Shown: piece by piece, positions 1 through 13,422 of the stretch
Layout of the letters: each line of letters opens with the position of its first letter
How positions within the stretch are numbered: the first letter of the stretch is position 1
Assembly (NCBI RefSeq): GCF_018350175.1
Contig: NC_058383.1
Coordinates: 31,126,001 to 31,190,000 of the forward strand
Reading direction: 5' to 3'
Length of the DNA stretch: 64,000 nucleotides
Source: Felis catus
Taxonomy: Eukaryota
The notes under the pieces: model-generated
Told to the model about the DNA's origin: nothing
Seen by the model: the letters and a program-made list of their open reading frames with translations, nothing else
The model's database searches: none
Translations under genes and position numbers: made by a program

Positions 1-150
1 TCAGGCTCTGGGCTGATGGCTCAGAGCCTGGAGCCTGTTTCCGATTCTGTGTCTCCCTCTCTCTCTGCCCCTCCCCCGTTCATGCTCTGTCTCTCTCTGT
101 CTCAAAAATAAATAAATGTTAAAGAAAAATTTAAAAAAAAAAAAAACAAA
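1..150 (+). mobile_element. CanSINE (SINEC_Fc), 3' part, cut by the window edge
   Basis: ggctctgggctgatggctcagagcctggagcctgtttccgattctgtg, (CT)n, aaaataaataaa, A-tail. Confidence 0.95.
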
Positions 151-1149
151 ACAACTGTTCCACACCTAAGAAATTACATGTTAACAACTCATTCTGGACT
201 CAATCGTTTTGCAAGAAAGGCCATTACTGGAACCACCAGTAAAGATTGAACATGAAAAAGGGACTGGATGGAAAAATCTAATGTTGATCTTCTGATTTTG
301 ACGAATTGTATGCATTATGGAGGAGAATGTTTTGTTCACGGCCAACACCAGTACAGTGAGGAGTTAAAAAATAATTCCAGGCCCCGCTGCACGGCTCAAC
401 ATTTGCACTCTGGAGTAGATCTGAAATCTGCATTTTAACCAGCCCCCAGGTCACTTCCGGGCCACACGTGAACCCAAGAACCACGCACGGCCCTGTGCTC
501 TCCCAGCACACCCCATCGGAACCAGAGTCCAGAGAGGCACAATATACCTCTCGTGACGTGGTTCAGGAAGCAGTGGTCCCTTACCACGCACAAGAAATCT
601 GACTACTTCTTGCTTTCCAGCCATTTTCTCTAAAAAGACAGTGCAAAGGCAGCCAGGGGGGCCGAATTCTGGGCAGTCTGCATTTCTCCTTGAGCTGTAT
701 GGTGTCTCATCTGCCAGCTGGAGGGGGGGCGGGGAAGAGGGTCGTAAAAAGCTTGTTTGATTTTTAGTGCTTGCTCCCTATTCCCACCATTTCACTATTT
801 CTTTTATAAACCCCATCTCATTAGCCACCTGGTAAATTCCACTCAGAATGGCACGATGGCCCCACATTTCATATCCAGAGCCAGGGAAACAGCCCAAACA
901 ACGCCAGCAACTCATGAAGGTAATTAATTGCAGATGATACACACCCAAAATATCCAGAGCACAACACGAAAATCATAGGGTTCCAAACTTAATAGCTGCA
1001 TCATACTTGACTGTCATTTATACTCAAAACTCTTTCAAGTTACTTCTTAGGGTACTGACTTTTCAAGTGAGCAGTAAGCTGCCTTCCCCAGTCCTTTGTG
1101 TCATCCCAGTGTTTGCTCTGAGGCCCAACGGGCGTAACACAAACACTGT

Positions 1150-1350
1150 CTTTGCCTCTGTGTGACCTTCGGTAAGTCACTTGACCTCTCTGGGCCCTGG
1201 TTTTATCACTGTAAAATGGGAGACTAGTACCTACTTTAGAAATTGACAGGGACGATTAAAATAAGTATGTGTGCACACAAACACACGGGCACAAATGCAA
1301 ATATGTATCAAGTGACTGGAAAATATTAAGTACTAAGTAAATGCTAGCTA
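1150..1350 (+). mobile_element. MIR SINE relic
   Basis: tgtgaccttcggtaagtcacttgacctctctgggccctggttttatcactgtaaaatggg resembles the MIR core. Confidence 0.75.
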
Positions 1351-2324
1351 TTCTCTTCTGCTATCGTTATTCATAAACTGTAAACGGAAGCTCCACCATC
1401 ATGGTCTTCTAACCTACAAAGGTCTGTTTTCTCCATGCAACTGAAAGGCGAGGGCTGACGCACAGCAATGCCCAAGTCCTCCCTCAAGTATTTCCAGCTC
1501 TCTGGACGAACACCAACTCAACCTCCCCTCCTCGCCTGACTTCCCTAGGCTGCTGTAGGCCGCCCCCCCCTCCCCGGCTTGGGATGGAGCCTCTTCCACA
1601 CCGACTGGGAGCTTGAAGGAGCCTCTCCCTCAACCGGGCCTCCTTGGGAGCCAGTTTAGGACACCTGAAGGTCCTCCATGTGCAATCTACCTTTGGGAAC
1701 AGTGAGCACGAGCAGTTTCACTGCAGGGGGATGACAAATATAAAAACCAACCTCTCAAAAGAGGCAAGAAGGAGCAGAAGGAGCAGTAATGCAACGGCCA
1801 ATTATTCCCTCAAGAAGGATGTTCCCGAGAAGAACACAGGACTTGTGTACAAGAGCAGGATAGAGAGCGAGCTTAACTGCAAGCCTGTTCTAGAGGTTTA
1901 TTCTAGAGGTTTCAAAGTCGCAGACCCACGGGGGCCAGGCAACTAACACGCAGGAGTGAAGCAGGCAGGAGAAATGCACGTCGGGCATCGTGTGTGGGTA
2001 AGGGTCACGGGAGAGAGCACATGCCCGTCTCAGGGGCCATCCGTGACCCAAGAGCAGGCATGTGGGACTGTGACCCCAGGGATGCCAGATCTTCAAGAGC
2101 AGCTGGCAATCTGGATTTCTCTGTCAAGCTTTCAGGTCTTAAAGCACTTTAATTCACAACTTTTTTAAAAAAGCAACTCACTTGCCCAGCAAGACCCACC
2201 TGTAAGCCCAATTCTGGCTGGGGCCCCAGGGCTCCCATGGCTTTTCACTCTCATGACCAGAAGTCTACCTGCTAGTTAGTGTCCCTTTATTAGACCAAGA
2301 CGAAGCGGATTTAAAACCCTTCAG

Positions 2325-2850
2325 GGCCTGTCCAAAATGCATCACCTGAATCTAATCATGAGGAAACAGCTGACAAACCCAGATTGAGGGATGGTCTACA
2401 AAGCAAATGGCCAGAAAGGAATAGAGACAGAAGGTCATGAAAAACACAGACGCTGTGGAAGGGCTCCAGATTACAGGGGATTTAACAGATGCAACAATTC
2501 AACGCAACGCCTGATTCTGGATCAGAGAAGATGGCCATAAAAGGCTTCAGTAGCCTCAGTGGTAAAATAGCTTTACACTCTATCACATCACTATCTCCTG
2601 GATCTTATCATCACACGATAGGTCTCTACGCAGGTGCCCTTGTTCTTAGGAAACAGAAGCACTTAAAGGTTAAAGGTCATGATGTTTGCGACTCTTAAAT
2701 GACCAGCAAAAAGGTTCTTATGGGCGGATATAGAGTCATTAACCTCAAAGATGGTAAAATACTAATGACCAGTTAATCTGGCCGAAAGGGAGTCCTTATT
2801 ATTCTTGCAATTCTTTAGCAATGTTTAAATCATTTCAAAATAAAGAGAAA
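2325..2850 (+). mobile_element. Ancient L1 (L1MC-like) 3' UTR relic
   Basis: ccaaaatgcatcacctgaatctaatcatgaggaaacagctgacaaacccagattgaggga..., ending in ttcaaaataaa and an A-rich tail. Confidence 0.65.
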
Positions 2851-3504
2851 AAAAAAATTTTAAAGGTTCTCAACCAACAATAGGGGTTTATAAAAACAAC
2901 CCATAGAGTAAGGTTTGAAGGATTAAATAGCTTACAACTGGCACTGAAAAGTTTGCTTCGTCAAGTAAATACAGCACATCGAAGGATCTGAGAGTAACAA
3001 GGCCCAGGTAGTGCGTTACATGGATAAATGCCATGCAGTTCAGGGGGTGCCGTTCACAAAATGTGCCCACCTCCTTGGTGCCAAGAACCTGGTCAACACT
3101 TCCAGGGGCACCAGGGAGCAAGGGGACACACTCATCATTACTGTGCCGCCTGCGTACGAGGAAGGGCGGGAAAGGCCTGGAACGGTCCCCCTCCCTCCGG
3201 GTGGTGTGGCATCTGGGAATGTGATGGACTGTGGAGGAGCCTTGGGAGACAGACGCACCCGGCACGTGAATGCCAAGTTGAACACTCGATTTGGCTCTTG
3301 AGTAGGTCACAATACCCTCACCCAATCCCAACCTCTTGAGACCACGAGCAGGAAATGTAGACTATGAAAAACGCAAAATTTAAAAGGTAGCCACAAAATA
3401 ACAACAATGGAGGCCAAGTAGCAGAGAGAGAGAAAGACAAAGGTGACTGTAGAGGGCTGTGTGGCATGGAGACGTGCTCTGTTGAGCCTCAGGGGGTGTG
3501 GATG

Positions 3505-3629
<125 letters not shown>

Positions 3630-4789
3630 ATGCAGTTTTATTAGATACAAACCATTACAGATCGAGATCTCTCCCTTATCTTTTCAGCTTATGCTGAAAA
3701 AGCCCAGTGTCTGACCACACGGGGCGGCGGGCCTGGTGGCCACTTGTGGGTGATGCCGGGAGGGTGGCAGCTCCTTCAGACAGGGCAAGTGCTTTCCAGC
3801 TTCCCCAAGGCTCCCCCCAGTCCCTCTTCTCTCCTGGGGCCTGCTTCATTCACTTCCGTTACCCACTTGGCCCCTCTAGGAATTCCAGTTTGAGACCCCC
3901 GCCCCCCAGTCACCCAAGCCCATCAGCCCATAAACACGGCCACTCCGACCAATTTCAAAGACGGCTATGGGATGAAAATCTCAGGGTCAAAGCAAAGACA
4001 GAATATAAAAATCAGGTTCCCCCAGGGTTGTAAATCCACGTTCACACACACGGCCCTCCATACGCGATGGCTTAGGGTTCGGTGGCCACACCACAAGTTG
4101 CTCAAAAAGGCACATTCGCAGGGATGCACAATCAGTCCCAGAGGATTTCACCAACTATAACGCATTCCTGAGGAAACACTTTTCTTTTCCCCTGAATAGC
4201 TAATGACTACAAGTTGACAAAGCAGAAGAGAAAAAAACAAAACCCAAAACCAGGCTCCTTCAAGCTGCCTGTCACTGCGGCTCATCTGGACGTGATGCCA
4301 ACAGTTTGCTGCTGTGTTCGATTCCGCCCCACACCTTGGGGATGAATTACTGAAGAACGACAGAAGACGCTCCTAAACGTAAGGAGTATTCGTTCTCTGG
4401 CCTCCAGGCTCCCTGAGAATTCACAAGGGCCAGAACCCTGTGCCTAGAAAGCTCTTACGATGGCTTTAAAAGGCCAGTGCCCAAATGCGAATGAAATCCT
4501 ATGCGTTCCAGGAAGCTGACCGCACACAGGGGTCTGGAAGTCTAGCAGGGACTGGATGGCCTTTGTTACCAAGGGGACTCAAATTCAGGAGCACAGCTAC
4601 CAGCGGGAAGCTCTCGGAAGCCCGAATCTTCATAGCTTTTATTTGTAACGCGGCTGTTTCCAGGCAGAAGCTCCTGAGAAGCAGGACCCTGACCCTGTGC
4701 GACACGCAGCGAGGGCACAGCACAGAATCCAGGCTCAAAGACGGTCTGATGACAGGCCAACCAAAGCTAAGGAACGCAGCCATTTCATG

Positions 4790-5195
4790 GAGGTCCTGAC
4801 TCTATGGGGGAAAATAACTAAAAAAAAAAAACATTTTAGGAACAATGAGGGAATTAGGACTATGGACTGTATGTTAAATATTGTGGAACTCTCAATCTTC
4901 TCGGGCATCATACTACGGTGGTAATAGAAGAGACTGTTTTTATTCTTGGGAAATAAATGTGGAAGGACTTAGGGGTAAAGAATCACAAGGTCTGAAATCA
5001 TTTTTCCAATTGCTGAGGGGAAAAAAAATGTGTACACACACACACAATTTATTTATTTTTTAAGAGTGGAAATAAAGACCAATGTGCCAAGTGGGAACCA
5101 CGGGTGAATCTAGGAAAAGGGCATGCCTACCCAAATCCATGGTACTAGCCTTACACCTCTTGGGAAGGCCTGAAATTTTTCAGAATAAAAAGTCA
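4790..5195 (+). mobile_element. Ancient L1M (L1MC/ME-like) 3' UTR relic
   Basis: aatgagggaattaggactatggactgtatgttaaata ... gggtgaatctagg ... tgaaatttttcagaataaaaag. Confidence 0.55.
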
Positions 5196-5598
5196 TGCAA
5201 TTCTCTTTTAATAAGGAGGGTTTAATGAACAAAGCGATCCATAACCAAGGCTGACTCAAAATGACTTTTCTATGCCCCACTCAGGGTGGAGGTGACTGGC
5301 CAGGGGCTCCTGCCACCTCGGTCCCGCTGGCAGCCCCTTGGGCTGAAGGCATCGCTATCCCCGCCTCCAGGAACCGTCTGCGGCACCCTGCGCGGGAAGC
5401 ACAGCCGCGGATGACAGGCGGTGCTTGGGAGTCTAGAGAGGCATCGCTTGTGTGAAGGAAAATGAGCTCTGATCCACAGCAACCCATGAGGCTCTGACCA
5501 GCTGACCATTCAGCTCCAATTTCATGTTCACTGGCAACTTCCTTCTTTTGTGCTTGCTCTGGTGGAATCACTGTTAAGAGGGGATTTATTTGTGTTAT

Positions 5599-5792
5599 TT
5601 TTTTAATATTCATTTATTTGGGGAGACCACAAGCAGGGGAGGGACAGAGAGAGGGGGGACGAGGATGGGAAGCAGGCCGTGAGCTCACAGGCTGACCGCA
5701 GCAAGCCCAACGCGGGACTCAACTCACGAACCAGGAGATCGTGTCCTGAGCTGAAGTCAGACACTCAAGCGACTGAGCCACCTAGGTACCCC
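5599..5792 (-). mobile_element. CanSINE, diverged
   Basis: Reverse-complement head ...actcaagcgactgagccacctaggtacccc; degenerate TSD tatttgtgttatttt / tattagtgttacttt. Confidence 0.88.
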
Positions 5793-6639
5793 TATTAGTG
5801 TTACTTTAAAGGTCTGCTCAGCAAGGGATTCTAGGAAAACAGCAGTGACAGCAGCCTAATTTGTTAATCTCTCTAAATATATCGATAGCTAAATGGCAAA
5901 ACCGAAGCCTATCGATGAGGCACCCCACAAACCCTCGAATATAAGCAGGAGAGGATAAACCAACTGACACCATGGTGTGAGCTTGTGTGCGTGCAGGCGA
6001 GTGCAGAGGGAAGCAACGTGGGCATCTGAGAACATACCCTGCAAAATGAACCCCTCAGTCACCAGCGGATGCCCCCTGGAAAGGACAACCTGCTAAGCCG
6101 ACAACAGAAGCGCTGGGGCAGGTTTCCTTTCTCCCCACAGCAGGGGGAGGGGAGCAAGGGACCTACCGTGACCCTGAGGGGCTCATGCAGGCTGGCCTCC
6201 GCTAATCCTGCACACTGGCCCAGAGGATGCCCTTCCCGGGGAGGGCCCTGTGGCAAGGGCACCACCCACTGGTGAGAATCGTAATGGAGGGGAGAGACAC
6301 CAGAGGCGACCTAGGTACAAGCAGGGGAGCACAACACGCAGAAAGCTTCAGGAAAAAGTGTGCCACACACCTGAGCGCACCGTCGGAACAGCAGAGGGAG
6401 CTCTACCAAGCTGGAAAATGCAGCCCTCAACCTCCCCTCCTTCCAGAAGTTTACTTTCCTGCGTCTACATAAAGAGCAACAGAGAAGGATCCAGATAAAA
6501 TCCCAAGTTGTAAGAAGTTAAGTGGAACATACCCACAGGTAATGAAAGCATGCCAAAAATACCCATGTAACTGTGACCTTCTATTTCCGAAGAAGCTCAA
6601 AGACACGCGGAGATGCTACACCACAGCAAAGAACAACAG

Positions 6640-7400
6640 GAACTAAATTACAAAGACTCAGTCATGAGGTGACAAAACTGAGGCAATTAAAACATTTCAG
6701 AAATAAAGACCATCCCAGAAGGAACACCTAGAAGGTCAAATAAATAAATACACAAAAGCTTTAGAAAAATAGTAAGAAAATGGGGCGCCTAGGTGGCTCA
6801 GTCGGTTAAGCATCCAACTCCCGATTTCAGCTCAGGTCATGGTCTCATGGTTCGTGGGGTCACGCCCCTCGTTGGGCTCTGCGCTGACAGCACAGAGCCT
6901 GCTTGGGATTCTCTCTCCCTCTCCCTCTCTCAACATAAACCTTTAAAAAACTGAAAAAGAAATAAAGGGAAATAAAAAAAAAGATTTGAGAGAAAGTGAC
7001 AAATACGAACAACAAAGAAGATCCAGCAGAGAGAAAACAGAAGCCCCTGGAGGGCAAATAAACTTTGTTGCAAGAAATTTGAAACTACCTATTGCAAGAG
7101 CATGCCACATACCTGGGAACACAAGTCCTCAGTGACGAACACCAAGATTCAGTCAAGGAAAATTATCGAACATCAGAAAAAGTGAAGAACACCCTGGGGC
7201 AAGGGACTTCTCAGAGCAAGAAAATTAGATTATGATCCAGCTTTCAATGCAATACTTCCAAAAGACATAGTAACGTATTTAAGATAATCGAGAAACTGAG
7301 GGCTTTCGAGAAATCAAGATCTAAGGGCTTTCAGATCCACCAAATTTACTTTCAAATATAAAGAGCACAAACCAGTAACAGCACGCAACAACTCTGAGCC
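6640..7400 (+). mobile_element. Degenerate L1 ORF1-like relic (old L1M or HAL1), interrupted by a CanSINE
   Basis: A-rich coding-like tract with ORF1-type motifs (aaaattagattatgatccagctttc; ccaaatttactttcaaatataaag); boundaries approximate. Confidence 0.45.
6782..6985 (+). mobile_element. CanSINE
   Basis: ggggcgcctaggtggctcagtcggttaagcatcc tRNA-like head with A-box, (CT)n, A-rich tail. Confidence 0.93.
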
Positions 7401-9318
7401 CGCTGTTCCCATAAGCACCACCCCACCCACCTGGCCCCCCACAAAATATCAGAGCCTAAGCTTGTGAGAGCCTAAAGGACTGGCAAGATAACCAAAGAGC
7501 TGGGGAAAAACCTTACGACTTTACGTAAGCTTACAGAACGGAGACTAAACAAGGATTAAGGAGAAACAAGAGGTTACTGGCCACGTGCTCAGGGAATACA
7601 GATGCAGCAGGATTGGTTTTCAAGAACGGGGAAAGCATCTGCAACAATGTTTCTGTTCTAAACCATTATACTGTAGCAGTAGCAGGGGTGTTACTCTGAG
7701 ACTTTACAAATTATCTACGCATAGGAATATACACACGAGTATCTCTTCTTAAGATAAAATACCTCATTATTCTTATTGCCATTTCTGATTCAAAGGCAGT
7801 TTTATGGAGTTTATTTCTTTGACGTTGCCGCTTCTATATCCCGTGCTCCTCATACAGAGTATGGCAACGACACACAGCATGCTGGCTCTAGGGTATCCTG
7901 GGGTAACTCGTGGGCTTTGTACCACGACATACACACAACGGTCCCAGAATGCCACGATTAGCAGAGCAGACACTCGAGGAGAAGTCCACGTGACCATTTG
8001 GCCAAATCAATCCTTCCAAATCACACCCGCTCACGTGACTGTGCAGAAACGACACAACACCACTCAAGCTCGTCGGAACTTTTTGAATTCTGAGGACTTG
8101 GATAGGATTTCCAGACCCACAAAGACAAGTGACCATGGCCACAGAGCAGAGGGTGAAAAGGAAAGGAGACCGCGGTATACAATCCAAAGTTCTGTTTTGA
8201 CTCATCTTTGGTCAGTCTGATTACGTGCCCTTCCCCTCTACAAAATAAAGACAAAAAGACCTATTTGATGAGCTTCCTGATTGTTTAGGGTTCCATGTTG
8301 TTTCCATGACCCCAAGGCCTTTTTCTGGGGGGAGGGGGGGGGTCGCCCTTTGTGGTCCTAGCTGACCTGAAAGATGATGAGAGCAGAGCCAAGATGGTTT
8401 GTGGAACCCTGGGATCTGGTTGATGTCCTGATGGAGCTCCACGTGCCACAGCATCATAGACAAGGGCTCCCTCCTACGTCACTCCCACATGAGTGTGACT
8501 CAGCCTCCCGTCGCCCCTCACTGTAGTAAGAGTAGTAAGTGCAGCCCCCTTTCACCACCATAAGCAGCCACAGATCACGGCAAATGCAAGACAACGTGGT
8601 AAGAGACCAGAGCAGCCGGCCCTCCACTGCAGCCATTCCCCGTAACCCAATGTTCATCCTGGGCGGTCCCCTCACATGTCCTCCTTGGAGCTCGCAGAAG
8701 CATGGAATCTCCACCCCGGTATTTCCTGCCCTCGGTCCCCTTCCCCATGTCCAGCGAATATTGATCAGATGAAAACTACAGTGACGGCCTACGTTAGCAA
8801 CTTCTGGAACGGCAGAGACGATGAAATGTAAGGTAAAGTTGACTGAGTTATTGCTAGGTAGCTCTGTTCAATAGCTAGAGAGCAGGCCAAACACGACCAA
8901 ATCCTGGCCTGTGTCGTCCCGAGTTCACAAGAACGTGAGCCCCACGAAGGCAGACCGTCTCCTCCGACTGGGACACTGCTCGATCCCCAGGGTTGAACTA
9001 GCATTGGCCTTGCACAGAGCAGGGATACAGCAAACAATGACCGACCCGACAAAGGCTACACATGAAGCGCCGAAGAATTCACTCCTTCGTACTTAAACAT
9101 CGAGAAAATAACTGAATGTTGCCGATGTACTCAAAACCACAAAACCACATTCTTGAGGTAAATGAATTCTGGGATGTGTGAAATGTGTATCAATAAAACT
9201 TAACAGAAATAAGTGGGCATCCACTTTATACCAGGCACCAAGGATGTGCAAGAATCTAAGCCAACAAGGTCCACCTCTAGAGAAGACTGATCAGTCTTTT
9301 ATTAAGACCTTCTATACA

Positions 9319-9505
9319 GGGGCATCTGGGTGGCTCCGTCGGTTAAGCGTCAGACTCCCAATTTGGGCTTAGGTCATCATCTTGAGGTTCGAGGGACTGA
9401 GCCCCACATCGGGCTCTCTCTGCACTGACAGCATGGAGCCTGCCTGAGATTCTCTCTCTGCCCCTCCCCTGCTCACACTCTCTCCCTCTCAAAACAAACA
9501 AACTT
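9319..9505 (+). mobile_element. CanSINE, diverged
   Basis: ggggcatctgggtggctccgtcggttaagcgtcagact head, CT-rich tract, short A tail. Confidence 0.9.
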
Positions 9506-10121
9506 TAGGAAGAGACCCTCTACCTAGGATCATCCCCCAAACAGGAGAGAAAAACCACAAGGACAGCCTCGAGGGATCTAGTCTCACGCAGATTAAAATG
9601 GAGTCACAGAACCATCGTCTGTACAACACGCAAGAATGCCAGCCCAGCTCCACTCTGGCCCCATTATACAGCCGAGCCAACTGCGGCCGTGAGTAGGAAA
9701 GCAGCCAGCCGGTGGTCCCACCCAACAGGAGCCTAAAAATCCACACAGCCTGACCCCAGAACTAGCTTATCTTCTCACTATACTACTCCACTTTGGCCAT
9801 AAATCCGAGGGAGAGGTTTGCCTCCATCACTGACAAATGTGAGTCACTGAAAACCAGTCAAGATCCCGCGGGGACAGGGAACACCAGCGCGCAGGTCATC
9901 AGGAAGCAAGGCTCAGACCGAGTCAAACCCCTTCACGATTCACACTACAATACCACACAACCACAGAACATGCCATTTCTGGGACATACACTATCCCCCC
10001 CATTCTACAGGAAAAGAAACTGAGGCACGAGATGTCCCAAGCACTCACAACTGTAAGCCGTGAATCCAGGATTTGAACCTGCACCTGTCAAAAGCTGGGA
10101 CAAGAGCCATCAGCTGGCAAG

Positions 10122-10749
10122 GTCTTAGCCTGCCTAGGGGTGGCCATAACCAAGTAGCACAAACCGGGGGGCTGACACGAGAGCAATTTATTTCCCAGCG
10201 TTCTGGAGGCTGGAGGCCCAAGACCAAGGTATAGGAGGTTTGGTTTACTCCCGAGGCCTCTCTCCTCAGCTGCCAGAAGGTCGCCTTCTCCCCGTGTCCT
10301 CAACACAGTCTATCCCCCGTGTGCCTGCATTTCAGCCAGTTCTTCCTCTTCTCGTGAGAACCAAAGAACACCCACCGTATCGGATCAGGGCCCCACCTGG
10401 ATGACCTCTTCTAACCTCAATTACTCCTCCAAGACCCTATTTTCTGGGGCTCCTGGGTGGCTCAGTTAAGCGTCCAACTTCAGCTCAGGTCATGATCTCC
10501 CAGTTTGTGAGTTCGAGGCCCTCATCGGGCTCTGTGCTGACAGCTCACAGCCTGCAGCCCGCTTCGGATTCTGTGCCTCCCTCTCTCTCTGCTCCTTCCT
10601 TGTTCTCACGCTCCCTCTCCCTCTCTCTCTTTCTCTCTCAAAAATAAACATTAAAAAAATTTTTTTAAGACTCTATCTCCAAATACAGTCACATCAAGGT
10701 TAGGGCTTCAACATATGCATTTTAGGAGGACATAATTCAGTCTGTAACA
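10122..10749 (-). mobile_element. MaLR LTR (MLT1A/MLT1B-like), split by a CanSINE
   Basis: Reverse complement begins tgttacagactgaattatgtcctcctaaaatgcatatgttgaagccctaacc and contains cctccagcctccagaacgctgggaaataaattg...ttggttatggc, typical of MLT1A/B. Confidence 0.85.
10446..10667 (+). mobile_element. CanSINE nested in the MLT1 LTR
   Basis: Head ggggctcctgggtggctcagttaagcgtcc; degenerate TSD aagaccctattttct / aagactctatctcc. Confidence 0.93.
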
Positions 10750-11926
10750 AATAGCGACCCACTTCTGATGGGGCCAATACCCACATCAAGTTTATAAGAC
10801 AGGCGGTGAAGAACATGCCAGCAAGTAACAGATTAGTAACAATTTAGTTAATCCCTGAATGTCAGCACTAAAAATAGAATAATCCCCAAATAATTATTCC
10901 CAAACCCAATCTCCCTTTGGAAGTTACCTAAGCGGTACACGAAATATAATTAATGTTTTTTGTTACGCTTCTGCTCAGGAGAGAACACTAAGCTAGGTCC
11001 CTCCTAGCTCAGGAACAAAAGAATTAAGATATGCAATAGATTCATATTTTCAACTCCTAGAACCATTTTCTTCCCCTGCAAAATCCCAAGAGCAACACCA
11101 CCAAACACACAATCTCCTTCAACATGCTGTTTATTACTCAGAGGGAGAACTTAGCAACTTTCAAGCAAGCCACCCAGCACAGATTCCATTTTCATCTCAT
11201 TCTTAACCTCCTAATCGTTTTATTATTCGTATTTCTCAAGAACCAACAGTGTTATCTCATGGAAAATACACCTATTCCTTCAGCTTTTAAATGAGCCTCA
11301 AGGATTCTTTTGTGCCGGTTCCAGGTCTGCCCTGACAGTAGGCGAATGCCACACGAGGCGTTGTGCTGTCACCGCTCAATCCTCTCCCCACCCAGCCCAG
11401 GTCACCTGGCACTACCTGGCCACGGAGGTGGAGTCGGCAGGAATGCAAAGAGAAATCCCTCTGCCTCCCGCCTCCCAGAGCAGACAGTGACAGCAACAAA
11501 TGCATTCTTTCGCCCTTTCCTTGGAGCAGAGGTCAAGGCTGAAAGGCTCTAATGACTTATTCTTGCCCAGATGGGACCTTCTTCTTCTTGCCCTTGGAGC
11601 AGAGTGTTCACAAGATGACCGGGAGCCACCTGCTCTCCCGAAGGGTTTCACTCCACCCCCCTTCCACAGGGATGTTCCAGCAGCTCAGGAGCACAAAGCC
11701 AGCCAGGGCCCCAGCTACCTCCCGGGAGAGGCCGCTGGAGCCTGCTGTGTGGCAGCGATGGGCCACCAGGGAGGTGCTGACCTGGTCTCAGCTGGCAGCT
11801 CGTGGGAGCCTGCCTGCCCATCCAGATGAAGACTTCAGTCCATCTCATTCACCTCTGCTGAACCATCAGCCAACAGCAGCAGGGCGGCAAAACCCACCTA
11901 AGTGTCGAAGGAATTAAAATACATGA

Positions 11927-12143
11927 GGGGCGCCTGGGTGGCTCAGTCGGTTGAGCGTCCAACTTCAGCTCAGGTCATGATCTCACGGTCTGTGAGTTCG
12001 AGCCCCGCGTCCGGCTCTGTGCTGACAGCTCAGAGCCTGGAGCCTGCTTCGGATTCCGTGTCCCCCTCTCTCTCTGCCCCTTCCCTGCTCATGCTCTGTC
12101 TCTCTCTGCCTCAAAAATAAATAAAAACATTTAAAAAATAAAA
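11927..12143 (+). mobile_element. CanSINE (SINEC_Fc)
   Basis: Full head-to-tail copy; TSD aaaatacatga / aaaacacatga. Confidence 0.96.
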
Positions 12144-12404
12144 CACATGAAGCTCTCAAGAGAGGAAACATCTCGCCAGCGTCTCACAAGTTGGGAGATG
12201 AAGCCCGTCCCTTCTCCCAAAGGCTCCCACCGGCTCCCAAAGCAGGTGTTGGCCCCTGGTGGCAGACAAGCTTCTCCTGATTCGCATGTAGAGGAAGCTG
12301 CATGTCACAGTGGGACGCGGCTAGAATCTCAAGTCTCAAGACCTACATGCAAGTGGCTAACTCAGCACCTGGCCACTCACCAGCTATGGGGGGGCGTAGG
12401 GGGC

Positions 12405-12652
12405 TGGGGGGACCAAACGAGGCCCTCGGGCCAAATGCAGCCACAACCATCGTAAATTAAGTGTTGTTAGTAACAGTATCTTGCAAATAAACTTTTACTG
12501 ACCCAGAGCCACAACCGCTAGTTGATGTGTCACCTGTGGCGACTTTCACAGGACAATGGCAGAGCTGAGTAGCTGCGACAGACATGGTGTGGCCCACAGA
12601 TCCAGAAGTATTTACTATCTGGTCCTTTACAGACGAAGTTTGCCAACTCATG
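12405..12652 (+). mobile_element. hAT-Charlie DNA transposon (MER58-like)
   Basis: ggcagagctgagtagctgcgacagac...ggcccacagatccagaagtatttactatctggtcctttacagacgaagtttgccaac. Confidence 0.8.
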
Positions 12653-12819
12653 AGCCACGCAAACACCTCACGTAAGCTGCTTTCAATCTTCCAATCTTCA
12701 TGTCTATTTCCCTTAAAATGAGAATTGCACGGCCATCTGTCCCTCCTATCTAAAACTCACAGTCATTCGTTGTATGTAACATTATACTCTCAATGACAAT
12801 CCTTTGAGAGTTCTGAGCA

Positions 12820-12990
12820 AGTTGCCCAGATTTTATTTAGTCCATACGACAACGCTATGAGGAAAGTCATGTTATGAATCCATTTCACAGACGAGGACAC
12901 GGAGGCTCAGAGAAGAAAGGTGACCAAGGCGACACCTCTAAGTTCACACCCCTCAGGTGACAGTGGAGCTGAGGTTCAGCCCAAGCTCCT
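12820..12990 (-). mobile_element. MIR relic
   Basis: ccatttcacagacgaggacacggaggctcagagaag...gtgaccaagg. Confidence 0.7.
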
Positions 12991-13205
12991 AACCCACTTC
13001 TATTTCAGGCCATGGGGACACAGGTGGAGGTGCTGACCACTGGAGCAGGCCAAGGACAGATCTCAGCCCCACCCAGGCACCTTGACACCCCCTGGCCTGT
13101 CCCCATGCTCTCCCTCCAGCCTGGCCCCCTCTCCTTCCTGCCATTCCCTTCCCCCTTCAGTGGCTAAGAACAGTTAGCCATCTTTTATTTTAAGACACAT
13201 ACGTA

Positions 13206-13422
13206 GGGGCACCTGGGTGGCGCAGTCGGTTAAGTGTCCGACTTCAGCCAGGTCACGATCTCGCGGTCCGGGAGTTCGAGCCCCGCATCGGGCTCTGGGC
13301 TGATGGCTCAGAGCCTGGAGCCTGTTTCTGATTCTGTGTCTCCCTCTCTCTCTGCCCCTCCCCCATTCATGCTCTGTCTCTCTCTGTCCCAAAAATAAAT
13401 AAACGTTTAAAAAAAAAAAAAA
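13206..13422 (+). mobile_element. Young CanSINE (SINEC_Fc) with perfect 14-bp TSD
   Basis: TSD aagacacatacgta at 13192-13205 and 13423-13436; pure A tail. Confidence 0.98.

Noticed and set aside
6782..6860. tRNA genes at SINE heads
   Set aside because: The A/B-box heads continue into CanSINE bodies; no complete cloverleaf.
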